Shown here piece by piece: positions 38,194 to 47,121 of a DNA stretch of 64,000 bases. A program made the position numbers and the translations under genes. Source of the stretch: Eubacteriales bacterium (lineage in GTDB: Bacteria; Bacillota; Clostridia; Oscillospirales; QAKW01). Position 1 is the first letter of the stretch; each line of letters begins with the position of its first letter. The notes under the pieces were generated by a model. The model had not been told where the DNA came from. It did not search any database and saw only the letters and a program-made list of their open reading frames with translations. The stretch is taken from contig JAZQJA010000012.1 in assembly GCA_045541455.1 (NCBI GenBank), forward strand, positions 178-64,177, read 5' to 3'.

Positions 38194-39316
38194 AGAAATT
38201 TAATATTACACCACCGGCAATAACAGATGCTATCTGACCTGAAACATTTGTACCGATTGAATGCATTAACAGAAAATTCTGATTGTCTTCTTCAAGTCCC
38301 ATTTTGTGAATAACACGAGCAGACATAGGAAATGCCGAAATGCCTGCCGCACCAATCATAGGATTTACTTTTTTCTTCGAGAAAATATTAATAAACTTTG
38401 CAAACATAACACCGCCGGCAGTATCAAATATAAAGGCGATAAGGCCAAGGCCCAAAATCAGCAATGTTTCTTTCTTTAAAAACGCCTCTGCCTGCATCTT
38501 TGTAGAAACGCTGAGTCCCAACAATAATGTAACAAGATTTGCCAGTACATTTTGTGCCGTTTCGGAAAGTGAGCGCAAAACACCGCACTCACGAATAAGG
38601 TTACCAAACATTAAAAAGCCGATAAGGGAAACAGCTTTTGGAGCAACAATGCCCGTAACAACTGTTACAAGTATAGGAAACATAATTCTAGTAAGACGAG
38701 AGATGTCTTTTTCCTCATACTCCATACGAATAAGACGTTCCTTTTTAGATGTCAAAAGACGAATAACCGGCGGCTGAACTATCGGAACCAATGCCATATA
38801 AGAATAAGCCGCAACAATGATAGCGCCTTGGTAACTCGAATTTAAATAGTTTGCTATGAATATAGATGTAGGACCATCCGCCGCACCGATTGCCGCGATT
38901 GACGCAGCATCGTTAGGTGAAAAGAAAAACGATGCAACAAACAAAGTGAAAAATATACCAAACTGTGCAGCTGCACCGAAAAGCATAAGTTTCGGGTTTG
39001 TCAAAAGCGGTCCAAAATCAATCATAGCACCGATTCCGATGAAAAGGAGTAATGGAAAAAGTTCGTTTGCAATACCTGCATTGAACAGAAGGTCGATAAC
39101 ACCTTCTTCGCCTTCTCCCCCTTCGATTACCTGAGTTATTGCGCCTGAATTAGGCAAGTTGACTAAAATAGCGCCAAAGCCCATTGGCAATAGCAATGTT
39201 GGTTCCATTTCTTTCTTAATTGCAAGAAAAATAAGTGTACCACCGATAATCCACATAACAAGTTGTTGCCATGTGATATCAAACAAATTTTCGTAAAGAA
39301 TAGAAAACAATTGCAT
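38186..39316 (-). CDS. sodium ion-translocating decarboxylase subunit beta (OadB/GcdB/MmdB family)
   Basis: Collinear by eye with OadB: KEMEPTLLLPMGFG, GIGAMIDFGPLL.NP, GAAAQFGIF, GAADGPT, AAYSYMALVPI.QPP, FGNL.RE.GV..L and NFLLMH..G.NV.G. Confidence 0.85.
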   Translation of the reverse strand: MQLFSILYENLFDITWQQLVMWIIGGTLIFLAIKKEMEPTLLLPMGFGAILVNLPNSGAITQVIEGGEGEEGVIDLLFNAGIANELFPLLLFIGIGAMIDFGPLLTNPKLMLFGAAAQFGIFFTLFVASFFFSPNDAASIAAIGAADGPTSIFIANYLNSSYQGAIIVAAYSYMALVPIVQPPVIRLLTSKKERLIRMEYEEKDISRLTRIMFPILVTVVTGIVAPKAVSLIGFLMFGNLIRECGVLRSLSETAQNVLANLVTLLLGLSVSTKMQAEAFLKKETLLILGLGLIAFIFDTAGGVMFAKFINIFSKKKVNPMIGAAGISAFPMSARVIHKMGLEEDNQNFLLMHSIGTNVSGQIASVIAGGVILNFFG

Positions 39317-39391
39317 TTTTTATCTCCTAAATATTTTATTCGTTAATTAGAATATCAAATTTATATTAAAAAAGCAATATTTGTCAAAAAA

Positions 39392-41071
39392 TTATTTATT
39401 AACAAAATGATATGCTATGCGAGGAGAACCGTCCAAAAGATAAATTATTCCGCATTCGGTAAATCCGTTACGCTTGAATACATTTTGCATAGGAATGTTC
39501 TTATGATGTGTATCACCGCGTACATCCAGCCCAAATGTCTTTGTAAAGTCCAACATCTTGTCAGTAAGACGTTTTACACTTCCATCGGATGCAACACGGT
39601 GAATTGCAATATAGGGTTCTTCATTAAGCCATTCACCGTTATCAATAACACGGTATGTAGGGTCTTCACCTTTACACAATACAAAAACACCGCAGATTTT
39701 ATCATTATTAATACAAACATAACTTTTCTGATCATCAATATCGTCTTTAATTGTTTGTATAGGTGGATGGTGTGTACCCCACTGGTCAGGGTTATCATTT
39801 TTTCTCATAAATTCACGCGCAGATTCATAAATTTCACAAATACGCTCAAAATCACACTGTTTTGCCTTGCGTATACCAAAAGCCATATACTGAATAAGAT
39901 CCTCTCTTAAATTATCAACTTCACCGCGTATAACGCTGTAAAGCATACTTACAAGTTTAGCTTTTATATCAGCACCGCTATAGCCTTGTGCTGCCACATC
40001 AGCACCGTTAATTTTAAGATGGCTAAGCGTAAACGGTTCTTTTTTATTGATAATATCAAATACAATATCCCTTGCAGACGATGTATCATAACCAAAAGCT
40101 GCCCTAAAATCAAAAAAAGCAAGCATATTTTCTACACCATAAGTGAAAAGTTGACTTTTAAGTTTAGTTCTATCTTGCGTAAGGCTGATATTTTTGCTAT
40201 CTAGTAAGAATTTTATAAGATTTTTAGATGTGTTTTTTAGTTTCAACGAATTTAGCGATGCAAGTTTATATGACTTTTCTTTGATATTATCAAGTATCAA
40301 TGCAAGACGTATATCAACATTTGGCAATGCATTAGCTATAGAGTTAGCTAATTTTTGCAATGCGTGTTTTTCTGATATTTGTGCTAAATCAGGCAAAATT
40401 ACACAAAACACATCAAAATAGTTATACAACACTTTGTGTGCTGCTTTGCCTACTATTAATTTCGACAGTTCGGCAGTAATTCTTTCTCTTGCTATATTAC
40501 AAAGCAGATGTTTATTTTTAAATATCGCCGATGCGGTGTTACTTTCTATTTCAAAATCAAGAGTTGCAGCAAACCGAAGAGCGCGTAAAATTCGCAAAGA
40601 GTCTTCCAAAAATCTTTTGTCAGGGTTCCCAACTGCACGTATAACTTTATTTTCTATATCTTCTTTTCCACCGAAAATATCAATAACGCCGCAAGTTTCA
40701 TTAAACGCCATGGCATTTATTGTGAAATCACGACGCGAAAGATCATCTTCTATATTTGCAACAAAACTCACATTGTCCGGCCGACGATTGTCAGTGTAAT
40801 CACCATCTGTACGAAAAGTTGTTATTTCATAAGGTTTACCATCAACAATTGCTGTGACGGTACCATGTTTAATGCCCGTTTCTACATAACGTACACCGTT
40901 TTGACTAAGCACCGAAACTGTAACATCGGGGGTACAGGACACCGCAATATCAATATCAGACACTTCGCGGCAAAGCAAACTGTCACGCACGCAACCGCCG
41001 ACAGCATAAGCCTTATGACCGTTTGATTCAAACAGTGATATTAAGTTTTGTGAAGATTTATCTATACACAT
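39392..41071 (-). CDS. cca: CCA-adding tRNA nucleotidyltransferase fused to a C-terminal GNAT-like acetyltransferase domain
   Basis: The N-terminal 400 aa carry GGCVRDSLL, SDIDIAV, TFRTDG.Y.D.RRPD and RRDFTINAMA (class II nucleotidyltransferase head/neck/body). The last 160 aa or so (IRKAKQCDFERICEIYESAREFMR ... YIAIHRVASDG ... NVFKRNGFTECGIIY) have the layout of a small GNAT enzyme. It is one uninterrupted ORF. Confidence 0.8.
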   Translation of the reverse strand: MCIDKSSQNLISLFESNGHKAYAVGGCVRDSLLCREVSDIDIAVSCTPDVTVSVLSQNGVRYVETGIKHGTVTAIVDGKPYEITTFRTDGDYTDNRRPDNVSFVANIEDDLSRRDFTINAMAFNETCGVIDIFGGKEDIENKVIRAVGNPDKRFLEDSLRILRALRFAATLDFEIESNTASAIFKNKHLLCNIARERITAELSKLIVGKAAHKVLYNYFDVFCVILPDLAQISEKHALQKLANSIANALPNVDIRLALILDNIKEKSYKLASLNSLKLKNTSKNLIKFLLDSKNISLTQDRTKLKSQLFTYGVENMLAFFDFRAAFGYDTSSARDIVFDIINKKEPFTLSHLKINGADVAAQGYSGADIKAKLVSMLYSVIRGEVDNLREDLIQYMAFGIRKAKQCDFERICEIYESAREFMRKNDNPDQWGTHHPPIQTIKDDIDDQKSYVCINNDKICGVFVLCKGEDPTYRVIDNGEWLNEEPYIAIHRVASDGSVKRLTDKMLDFTKTFGLDVRGDTHHKNIPMQNVFKRNGFTECGIIYLLDGSPRIAYHFVNK

Positions 41072-41073
41072 AT

Positions 41074-41850
41074 TTACATTTGAGGTTTAGTTAAAAATGC
41101 ACGAGTTTTATCACTCTGCGGATTATCAAACACTTGTTCGGGTGTACCCATCTCCTCTATAACTCCGTCAGCCATAAATATTATTTTATCAGCGACAAGG
41201 CGCGCAAAATCCATTTCGTGAGTGACAACAATCATTGTGCGGTCAGAACTTTTTAGAGAACGAATTGCACGAAGAACCTCACCTGTAAGTTCGGGGTCAA
41301 GCGCTGATGTGGGTTCGTCAAAGCAAAGAATTTCCGGTCGCATAGCAAGTGCACGTGCAATTGCAACACGCTGTTGCTGACCGCCCGAAAGTTCGCACGG
41401 ATATGCGCCCGCCTTATCCGACAGTCCAACAGTTTCTAACAATTCAAGAGCGTTTCGTTTTATTTCTTCTGCTTTAGCACGGCGCTGCTCTGAATTTTTA
41501 ATCGATTTAAGATACAAAAGTTCGGGAGCTAAAGTTATATTTTTAATTACACTGTATTGAGGAAAAAGGTTAAAGGACTGAAAAACAAGACCAAAATTTA
41601 AAATCTTTTCACGAATTTGAACGTCAGTATATTTTTTTGCAGCGTCGTAAATTTCTTCGCCATTTAAATAAATAACGCCCGTGTCCGGTTTTTCAAGAAA
41701 GTTAAGGCAACGCAAAAGTGTAGTTTTACCGCTGCCTGACGAACCGATTATTGCAAGCACCTCGCCTTTTTCAAGTGAAAAATCAATTCCGCGCAAAACA
41801 TTATTATCAGCGAAACTTTTTGTTATATTTTTAATTTCAAGTTGAGCCAT
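41074..41850 (-). CDS. amino acid ABC transporter ATP-binding protein (PAAT family)
   Basis: Motifs GSSGSGKTT, FQSFNLFP, LSGGQQQRVAIARAL, LCFDEPTSALDPE and VTHEM. Confidence 0.93.
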   Translation of the reverse strand: MAQLEIKNITKSFADNNVLRGIDFSLEKGEVLAIIGSSGSGKTTLLRCLNFLEKPDTGVIYLNGEEIYDAAKKYTDVQIREKILNFGLVFQSFNLFPQYSVIKNITLAPELLYLKSIKNSEQRRAKAEEIKRNALELLETVGLSDKAGAYPCELSGGQQQRVAIARALAMRPEILCFDEPTSALDPELTGEVLRAIRSLKSSDRTMIVVTHEMDFARLVADKIIFMADGVIEEMGTPEQVFDNPQSDKTRAFLTKPQM

Positions 41851-41854
41851 AATA

Positions 41855-42526
41855 TTAACCTCTATAATAATCGAGTTTTTTCTCTATATAGCCAAAAAGA
41901 AGAGTAAGCAAGCCGTTAAAGAGCAAATAGTAAACTGCCGTGAAGAAAAGCGGCCATATAATACCGTTTGCTTTAATAAAGCTCTGTCCTGCCCAAATGA
42001 TTTCATATACGAGAATTATTCTGGCAAGAGATGTATCTTTAACAAGTGTTATTATTTCGTTTGACATTGGCGGAATTATGCGCTTAACAACCTGCATAAG
42101 TACAACCTTAAAAAACACCTGAGTTTTTGTAAGGCCCAAGACTTTGCCTGCTTCATACTGGCCTTGAGGTATACTTTCAATACCACCGCGATATATTTCA
42201 GAAAAATAACACGCATAATTTAAAATAAAACCTACAAGTACGGCAGTATTACGTCCGACCTCTCCTGTGCCCCAAATATTATAACCAAGCAATTTTCCAG
42301 GTCCGTAGTAGATTACTAAAAGTTGAAGCATAAGCGGTGTACCACGGATAACCCAAACCAAAACTTTTACCAAATATTTAAGAGGCTTAAATTTACTCAT
42401 TGAGCCAAACGCTATAATAAGTCCAAGCGGTATTGCACCTATTAAAGTCATTGCAAATATTTCAAGAGTTTTTAAAAAGCCCTCATTTAAAGCGAAGATG
42501 ACATCTTGCAACATATTTTTCCTCAA
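41855..42526 (-). CDS. amino acid ABC transporter permease (HisM/GlnP type)
   Basis: 223 aa, five TM segments, EAA-like loop (IPQGQYEAGKVLGLTKTQVFFKVVLMQ). Confidence 0.9.
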   Translation of the reverse strand: MRKNMLQDVIFALNEGFLKTLEIFAMTLIGAIPLGLIIAFGSMSKFKPLKYLVKVLVWVIRGTPLMLQLLVIYYGPGKLLGYNIWGTGEVGRNTAVLVGFILNYACYFSEIYRGGIESIPQGQYEAGKVLGLTKTQVFFKVVLMQVVKRIIPPMSNEIITLVKDTSLARIILVYEIIWAGQSFIKANGIIWPLFFTAVYYLLFNGLLTLLFGYIEKKLDYYRG

Positions 42527-42530
42527 TTCT

Positions 42531-42558
42531 CAAGGCAGGAAGAAATCTTCCTGCCTTG
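42531..42558 (-). other. intercistronic 12-bp stem-loop between the binding-protein and permease genes
   Basis: CAAGGCAGGAAG-aaat-CTTCCTGCCTTG is a perfect stem with no good U-run. It is a likely mRNA stabiliser or partial terminator that raises the binding-protein : permease ratio. Confidence 0.5.
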
Positions 42559-42578
42559 ATATTAATAATAATATTAGA

Positions 42579-43370
42579 TTACTGAGCAATAATTGATTCT
42601 TGAACGCCGTATTTTTTAGCAGTTTCAATCATTGAACCATCTGCATAAGCAGCTTTAAAGAAATCGTTGAGTTTTTGAGCAAGGTCTGAGCCCTTTCTAA
42701 AACCAACACCATATTCCTCGGAGTTTAATGATACTGTATATGTAAGGTCTTCATAGTCTGTACCTTCACCTATTGTTGCGCCTGCCATAAGAAGATCAAT
42801 AACACTTGCTTCTGATGTGCCTGTTGATACCTCTAAAAGTGTATCAGCCTGTGTTGCAGCCTCGATACATTTAATTTCGAGTTCGTCAAGAACTTTTTTA
42901 CCTGCAGAGCCTGCCTCAACAACAAAGCCTAGTTCTTTAATGCTGTCAACTGTTTGATATTTTTCGGCAACTTCCTTCTTAACAACAACTACCTGAGCGT
43001 TATTGCAGTAAGCATTTGATGTTTCCATTCCGGCTTTAACCTCGTCAGTAAGTGTCATACCGTTCCAAACACAGTCGATACCTTTATCATCAAGTTCAGC
43101 AATTTTATAATCCCAGTCAATTATTTTAAATTCAACATTAACACCGAGATTTTCTGCAAAAGCTTTTGCCATATCAGCATCAAAGCCAACCCATTCGTTG
43201 TTTTCTTTATAGTCCATCGGTTTAAACTCTGTAATGCCTACAACAAGTGTGCCCTTGTCTTTTACATACTCTGCATCTGTCATATCAGCAGGTGCTTTTG
43301 AGCAAGAGCCAATCATACAAAGTGCAATAACAAGCACTGAAATAGCTGCAATAATTCTTTTCATTTTCAT
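42579..43370 (-). CDS. amino acid ABC transporter substrate-binding lipoprotein
   Basis: Lipobox MIGSC and a family-3 SBP pattern (GFDADMAKAFAE.LGV..EF..IDWD). The start is set to the ATG at 43370 (MKMKRII), which has an AGGAG SD 7 nt upstream. Confidence 0.88.
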   Translation of the reverse strand: MKMKRIIAAISVLVIALCMIGSCSKAPADMTDAEYVKDKGTLVVGITEFKPMDYKENNEWVGFDADMAKAFAENLGVNVEFKIIDWDYKIAELDDKGIDCVWNGMTLTDEVKAGMETSNAYCNNAQVVVVKKEVAEKYQTVDSIKELGFVVEAGSAGKKVLDELEIKCIEAATQADTLLEVSTGTSEASVIDLLMAGATIGEGTDYEDLTYTVSLNSEEYGVGFRKGSDLAQKLNDFFKAAYADGSMIETAKKYGVQESIIAQ

Positions 43371-43470
43371 TGTTTTTCTCCTATAAAACATAATACAAAT
43401 TCACTTTATCGTGGTAAAGTGTTATCATAATAACACAATAATACTTTTTTTGCAATAGTTTTTAAAAAAT

Positions 43471-44061
43471 TTATCCGTTTTTATTTTCAAAAAAACCGAC
43501 TATTTGACCTGAAATAACAACGGTTAGTAGCGAATAAACTATTTTACCAAGTGGAATATACGAAAGTGACAATGCAAGAACTATGATATCGAAAAACAGA
43601 TATACCCACCGAATACTGAGTTTTGTAAGTTTAGCCAAAGCGAGAGCCAGCGCATCGTCACCGCTTGGTGCACCGCCAACTCTAATGCACATACCAACAC
43701 CGACGCCTACAAACATACCACCTAAAATTGAAGCCAACAGCGGCATGTCGGAAATATTAGGGTACACCCTATCAAAACATTCAAACAATGCATAAAAGCC
43801 TGAAAAGCCACCTGCTGCTATTGCCGATTTTATTAAAAACTGTTTGCCGAGAACTTTTATTCCAAAAAAGTAACAAATGACATTTAAAATAGCGCCCGAC
43901 AATGCAGGAGATATGTAAAGCCAGTGTTCAAAAAGCAAAGTAAGCCCCAGTGCACCGCCCTCTGTTACATTTGAAATTGAATGGATGTTATACATCCCAA
44001 ACGCTAAAACTGCACTGCCTAAAAGCAGCACAGTTAAATCCTTAATTTTTTGTTTTTGCAT
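43471..44061 (-). CDS. YitT-family-like membrane protein (membrane domain only)
   Basis: 196 aa with five to six TM segments. The pattern LLGSAVLAFG ... GG.LG..LL ... resembles the YitT/YczE membrane domain. No C-terminal soluble domain is present. Confidence 0.6.
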   Translation of the reverse strand: MQKQKIKDLTVLLLGSAVLAFGMYNIHSISNVTEGGALGLTLLFEHWLYISPALSGAILNVICYFFGIKVLGKQFLIKSAIAAGGFSGFYALFECFDRVYPNISDMPLLASILGGMFVGVGVGMCIRVGGAPSGDDALALALAKLTKLSIRWVYLFFDIIVLALSLSYIPLGKIVYSLLTVVISGQIVGFFENKNG

Positions 44062-44062
44062 T

Positions 44063-45451
44063 TTAGTATCCCGTAATCATATTTTCAGGTTTTACAATTT
44101 CATCAAAACGCTCGCCATCTAAAATTTTTAGTTGCTGACATGCCTGTTTCAAAGTGAGTTTTTTATCAAAAGCGTGTTTTGCAACCTTTGCTGCGTTTTC
44201 ATAACCTATTTCTGTAGAAAGAGCCGTTACCAACATAAGTGAATTTTGAAGATTATTTTTCATTTTTTCGCAGTTGGGAACAATACCAACAACACAGTTT
44301 TTATCAAAAGAATGAGTAACATCTGCAAGAAGGTTTAACGATTGCAAAGTATTATATGCAATAAGAGGCATAAAAACATTGAGCTGAAAATTGCCTTGAG
44401 ATGATGCAGTAGCAACCGATGTGTTATTACCTGCTACCTGAAGTGCAACCATTGTTACAGCCTCACATTGAGTGGGGTTTACTTTGCCGGGCATAATAGA
44501 ACTTCCAGGTTCATTTGAAGGAATTGTAATTTCACCTATTCCGCAACGCGGACCACTTGCAAGAAAACGAATATCGTTTGCAATTTTCCACAGGTCAGAT
44601 GCATAGGTATTAAGCGCACCGTGGAAAAAAGCGACTGCATTTTTACTCGACAGCGATGAAAATTTATTTTGCGACTCGCAAAGTTCACATTCTACATATT
44701 CCGAGAGAATTTTGCAAACTTCTTTGCCGAAATTAATAGGCGAGCACACACCTGTTCCGGTGGCAGTCCCTCCCAAAGCAAGAGCACAAAGATATTGAGA
44801 AGCGGAATTAATCATAGAAAGCGAGCCCTCTAATGATGCACGCCAGCCGCTTATTTCTTGAGAGAAAGACACAGGGGTTGCATCTTGAAGATGCGTTCTG
44901 CCGATTTTTAAAACACCTTGGTATTTTTCCTCAAGCGTTTTTAGTGACAAAATCAATTCGTTTATTGCAGGAATGAGTTTGTTTTTTGTGCAAAGCAAGG
45001 CAGACAAATGTATTGCTGACGGAAAGACATCATTTGACGACTGTGACATATTAACATCGTCGTTAGGGTGTAAAAGATTTTGTCCTATTATTTGATTTGC
45101 ACGATTAGCGATAACCTCATTGACATTCATATTGGTTTGGGTACCGCTGCCCGTTTGCCATACTGCAAGCGGGAAATGGGCATCAAGCGCACCGGAGAGA
45201 ATTTCATCGCAGGCTGTGGTTATTGCCATACACTTTTGCTCTGTCATTTTTTTAGGATTAAGATTAAGATTTGCCTTAGCCGATGCTTTTTTAATAAGAG
45301 TCAGTGCATAAATGATTTCAATCGGCATTTTTTCAGTACCGATTTTAAAATTCTCAAAACTGCGCTGTGTTACAGCACCCCAGTATTTATCTACGGGAAC
45401 TTTGATTTGTCCCATGCTATCATGCTCTATTCTGTAATCAGACATTTTCAT
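44063..45451 (-). CDS. fumC: class II fumarate hydratase
   Basis: Signature GSSIMPGKVNPTQCEA (the TQCEA variant is typical of fumarase rather than aspartase), plus WQTGSGTQTNMNVNEVIANRA near the N-terminus. Confidence 0.9.
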   Translation of the reverse strand: MKMSDYRIEHDSMGQIKVPVDKYWGAVTQRSFENFKIGTEKMPIEIIYALTLIKKASAKANLNLNPKKMTEQKCMAITTACDEILSGALDAHFPLAVWQTGSGTQTNMNVNEVIANRANQIIGQNLLHPNDDVNMSQSSNDVFPSAIHLSALLCTKNKLIPAINELILSLKTLEEKYQGVLKIGRTHLQDATPVSFSQEISGWRASLEGSLSMINSASQYLCALALGGTATGTGVCSPINFGKEVCKILSEYVECELCESQNKFSSLSSKNAVAFFHGALNTYASDLWKIANDIRFLASGPRCGIGEITIPSNEPGSSIMPGKVNPTQCEAVTMVALQVAGNNTSVATASSQGNFQLNVFMPLIAYNTLQSLNLLADVTHSFDKNCVVGIVPNCEKMKNNLQNSLMLVTALSTEIGYENAAKVAKHAFDKKLTLKQACQQLKILDGERFDEIVKPENMITGY

Positions 45452-47061
45452 TTACCTTTATTTATATATGATTTTACCGCATTTGCAATACGGCCATAGT
45501 CGTTTGTTAAAATTGTATCTATACCCATATCTAAATATTCTTTTGCAAGGTTTACATCGTCAGCAAAAAAGACATTACAAATAATACCGTGGGCGTGCGC
45601 TTTATCTATCATTTGCTGATTAAAATAGGGTTTGAAAAGTTGGACTTTTTTACAGTCAAGTTCTATTGCCCGCTCGACAATAGACCACTTATCATCACCT
45701 GCACCGCAGCAACGGCAGATGTCGGGCGCTAATTGTTTTGCAAGTTTCAAAACGTTGCTGTTACCGCTCATAAAATAAACATATTTTTCACAGTCATACT
45801 TTTTAATGAGATTAACTATCTTTTGCATAAGGTCCTTATCATACTCACAAGTGTTATTGACCGTTTTAATATGTATATTCATTATAGTGTGACAAGCAAA
45901 CTTTTTGAGAATTTCTTCAAACTTAATTATTTTAATACCCTCAAATGCATCACCTGATTTCGCACCAAAATCAAACTGCAAAAGTTGCTCATAAGTATAA
46001 TCATAAACCAAGCCCGTTCCGTTTGAAACGCGGTCTAAAGTTTTGTCATGAATTGAAACGATTTCGCCGTCTTTTGTATACCATAAATCAAACTCTATTT
46101 CCTGTGCCCCCATTCCTACTGCAGCACCGAATGCAGCAAGACTGTTTTCAGGTGCTATGGTATTAAAACCGCGGTGTGCACATACACGCGGATACGGCAT
46201 AACATCATCATTTAATGTAATTGCACTGCCGGCAGGACGATATTTCCACGGGCGGCGTCCTTTTTCAATGTATTCATAATGAGCAGCAAGTTCACCACCA
46301 AAGCCTGCAGGTTTAAAATATTTCTTTTTAGGGTCGATATCAACCGATGCCATACCAACCTTACTTTTCAAATTTACAAGTACATCGCCATTTGGTGCCA
46401 CAACCATACTGCCACCGCCAATATCGGCGTTTTCATCCATACTGACCGACGAGCGAACAACATAAGTATTGGTGTTATATGCCAAAAACCGCGACATTAT
46501 TTCAATAGCCGAATGAGTATCGCTTCGTTGATGTGAACAACCTATAATAAAATCGAGATTGTATCTTGCTAGATTTGCATAGTTTTCATAAAAATAGAAA
46601 TCGTAACAAGTTAAAAAGCCATAGCGCAAACCATCTATTTCGACCACTGTAGGTGCTGTATGTTCAAAAACATATCCCGAATCGAGTTTGCGGTTATAAA
46701 TCTCACCGGGAGTAAGCTGTTCTTTATAGTACCTGCCGACAACTTCACCGTTACGGTTAAATGCGTGGGTAGTGTTTCGGAAATTGTTATTAAAGGGATG
46801 ATATGCATTAACAAAAACCACTGCATTACACCTTTTTGCAGTATCGGAAACCACTTTTAAAAGTTTATTGTTATATTTTTTCACACTTGCTTCAAATTGT
46901 TCTTTCGTATGCGCAAGAGCAGGAACGTCTGCCGCCTCGGGCAAAACAATAAGGTCAATACTGTCGTCACATTTTTCAAGCAATTCAAGTTGACATTCAA
47001 AGCACTCATCCGATTCTGAGAAGTCTGTAGAATATTTAGGCTGAATAATACAAACTTTCAT
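45448..47061 (-). CDS. fusion protein: carbon-nitrogen hydrolase (nitrilase superfamily) domain + glycerophosphodiester phosphodiesterase (GDPD) domain
   Basis: The N-terminal half has LIVLPEAAD (Glu), a Lys region and FLTCYDFYF (Cys), i.e. a CN-hydrolase triad layout. The C-terminal half has CAHRGF....PENSL.AF, EFDLW.TKDGE.V..HD and GADD-type GDPD motifs. The start is probably the ATG at 47061 (MKVCIIQ); the ORF-track ATG at 47073 lacks SD spacing. It overlaps the fumC start by 4 nt. Confidence 0.75.
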   Translation of the reverse strand: MKVCIIQPKYSTDFSESDECFECQLELLEKCDDSIDLIVLPEAADVPALAHTKEQFEASVKKYNNKLLKVVSDTAKRCNAVVFVNAYHPFNNNFRNTTHAFNRNGEVVGRYYKEQLTPGEIYNRKLDSGYVFEHTAPTVVEIDGLRYGFLTCYDFYFYENYANLARYNLDFIIGCSHQRSDTHSAIEIMSRFLAYNTNTYVVRSSVSMDENADIGGGSMVVAPNGDVLVNLKSKVGMASVDIDPKKKYFKPAGFGGELAAHYEYIEKGRRPWKYRPAGSAITLNDDVMPYPRVCAHRGFNTIAPENSLAAFGAAVGMGAQEIEFDLWYTKDGEIVSIHDKTLDRVSNGTGLVYDYTYEQLLQFDFGAKSGDAFEGIKIIKFEEILKKFACHTIMNIHIKTVNNTCEYDKDLMQKIVNLIKKYDCEKYVYFMSGNSNVLKLAKQLAPDICRCCGAGDDKWSIVERAIELDCKKVQLFKPYFNQQMIDKAHAHGIICNVFFADDVNLAKEYLDMGIDTILTNDYGRIANAVKSYINKGK

Positions 47062-47121
47062 TAAAGTTACCATCCTTTTATTTAATAGTTAAATTATACC
47101 ACCCGCTAAGCAAAAATCAAG

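Noticed and set aside
39407-39910. 167-aa plus-strand ORF
   Set aside because: It is antisense to the GNAT-like part of the cca fusion gene, so it is a shadow ORF without SD or recognisable motifs.
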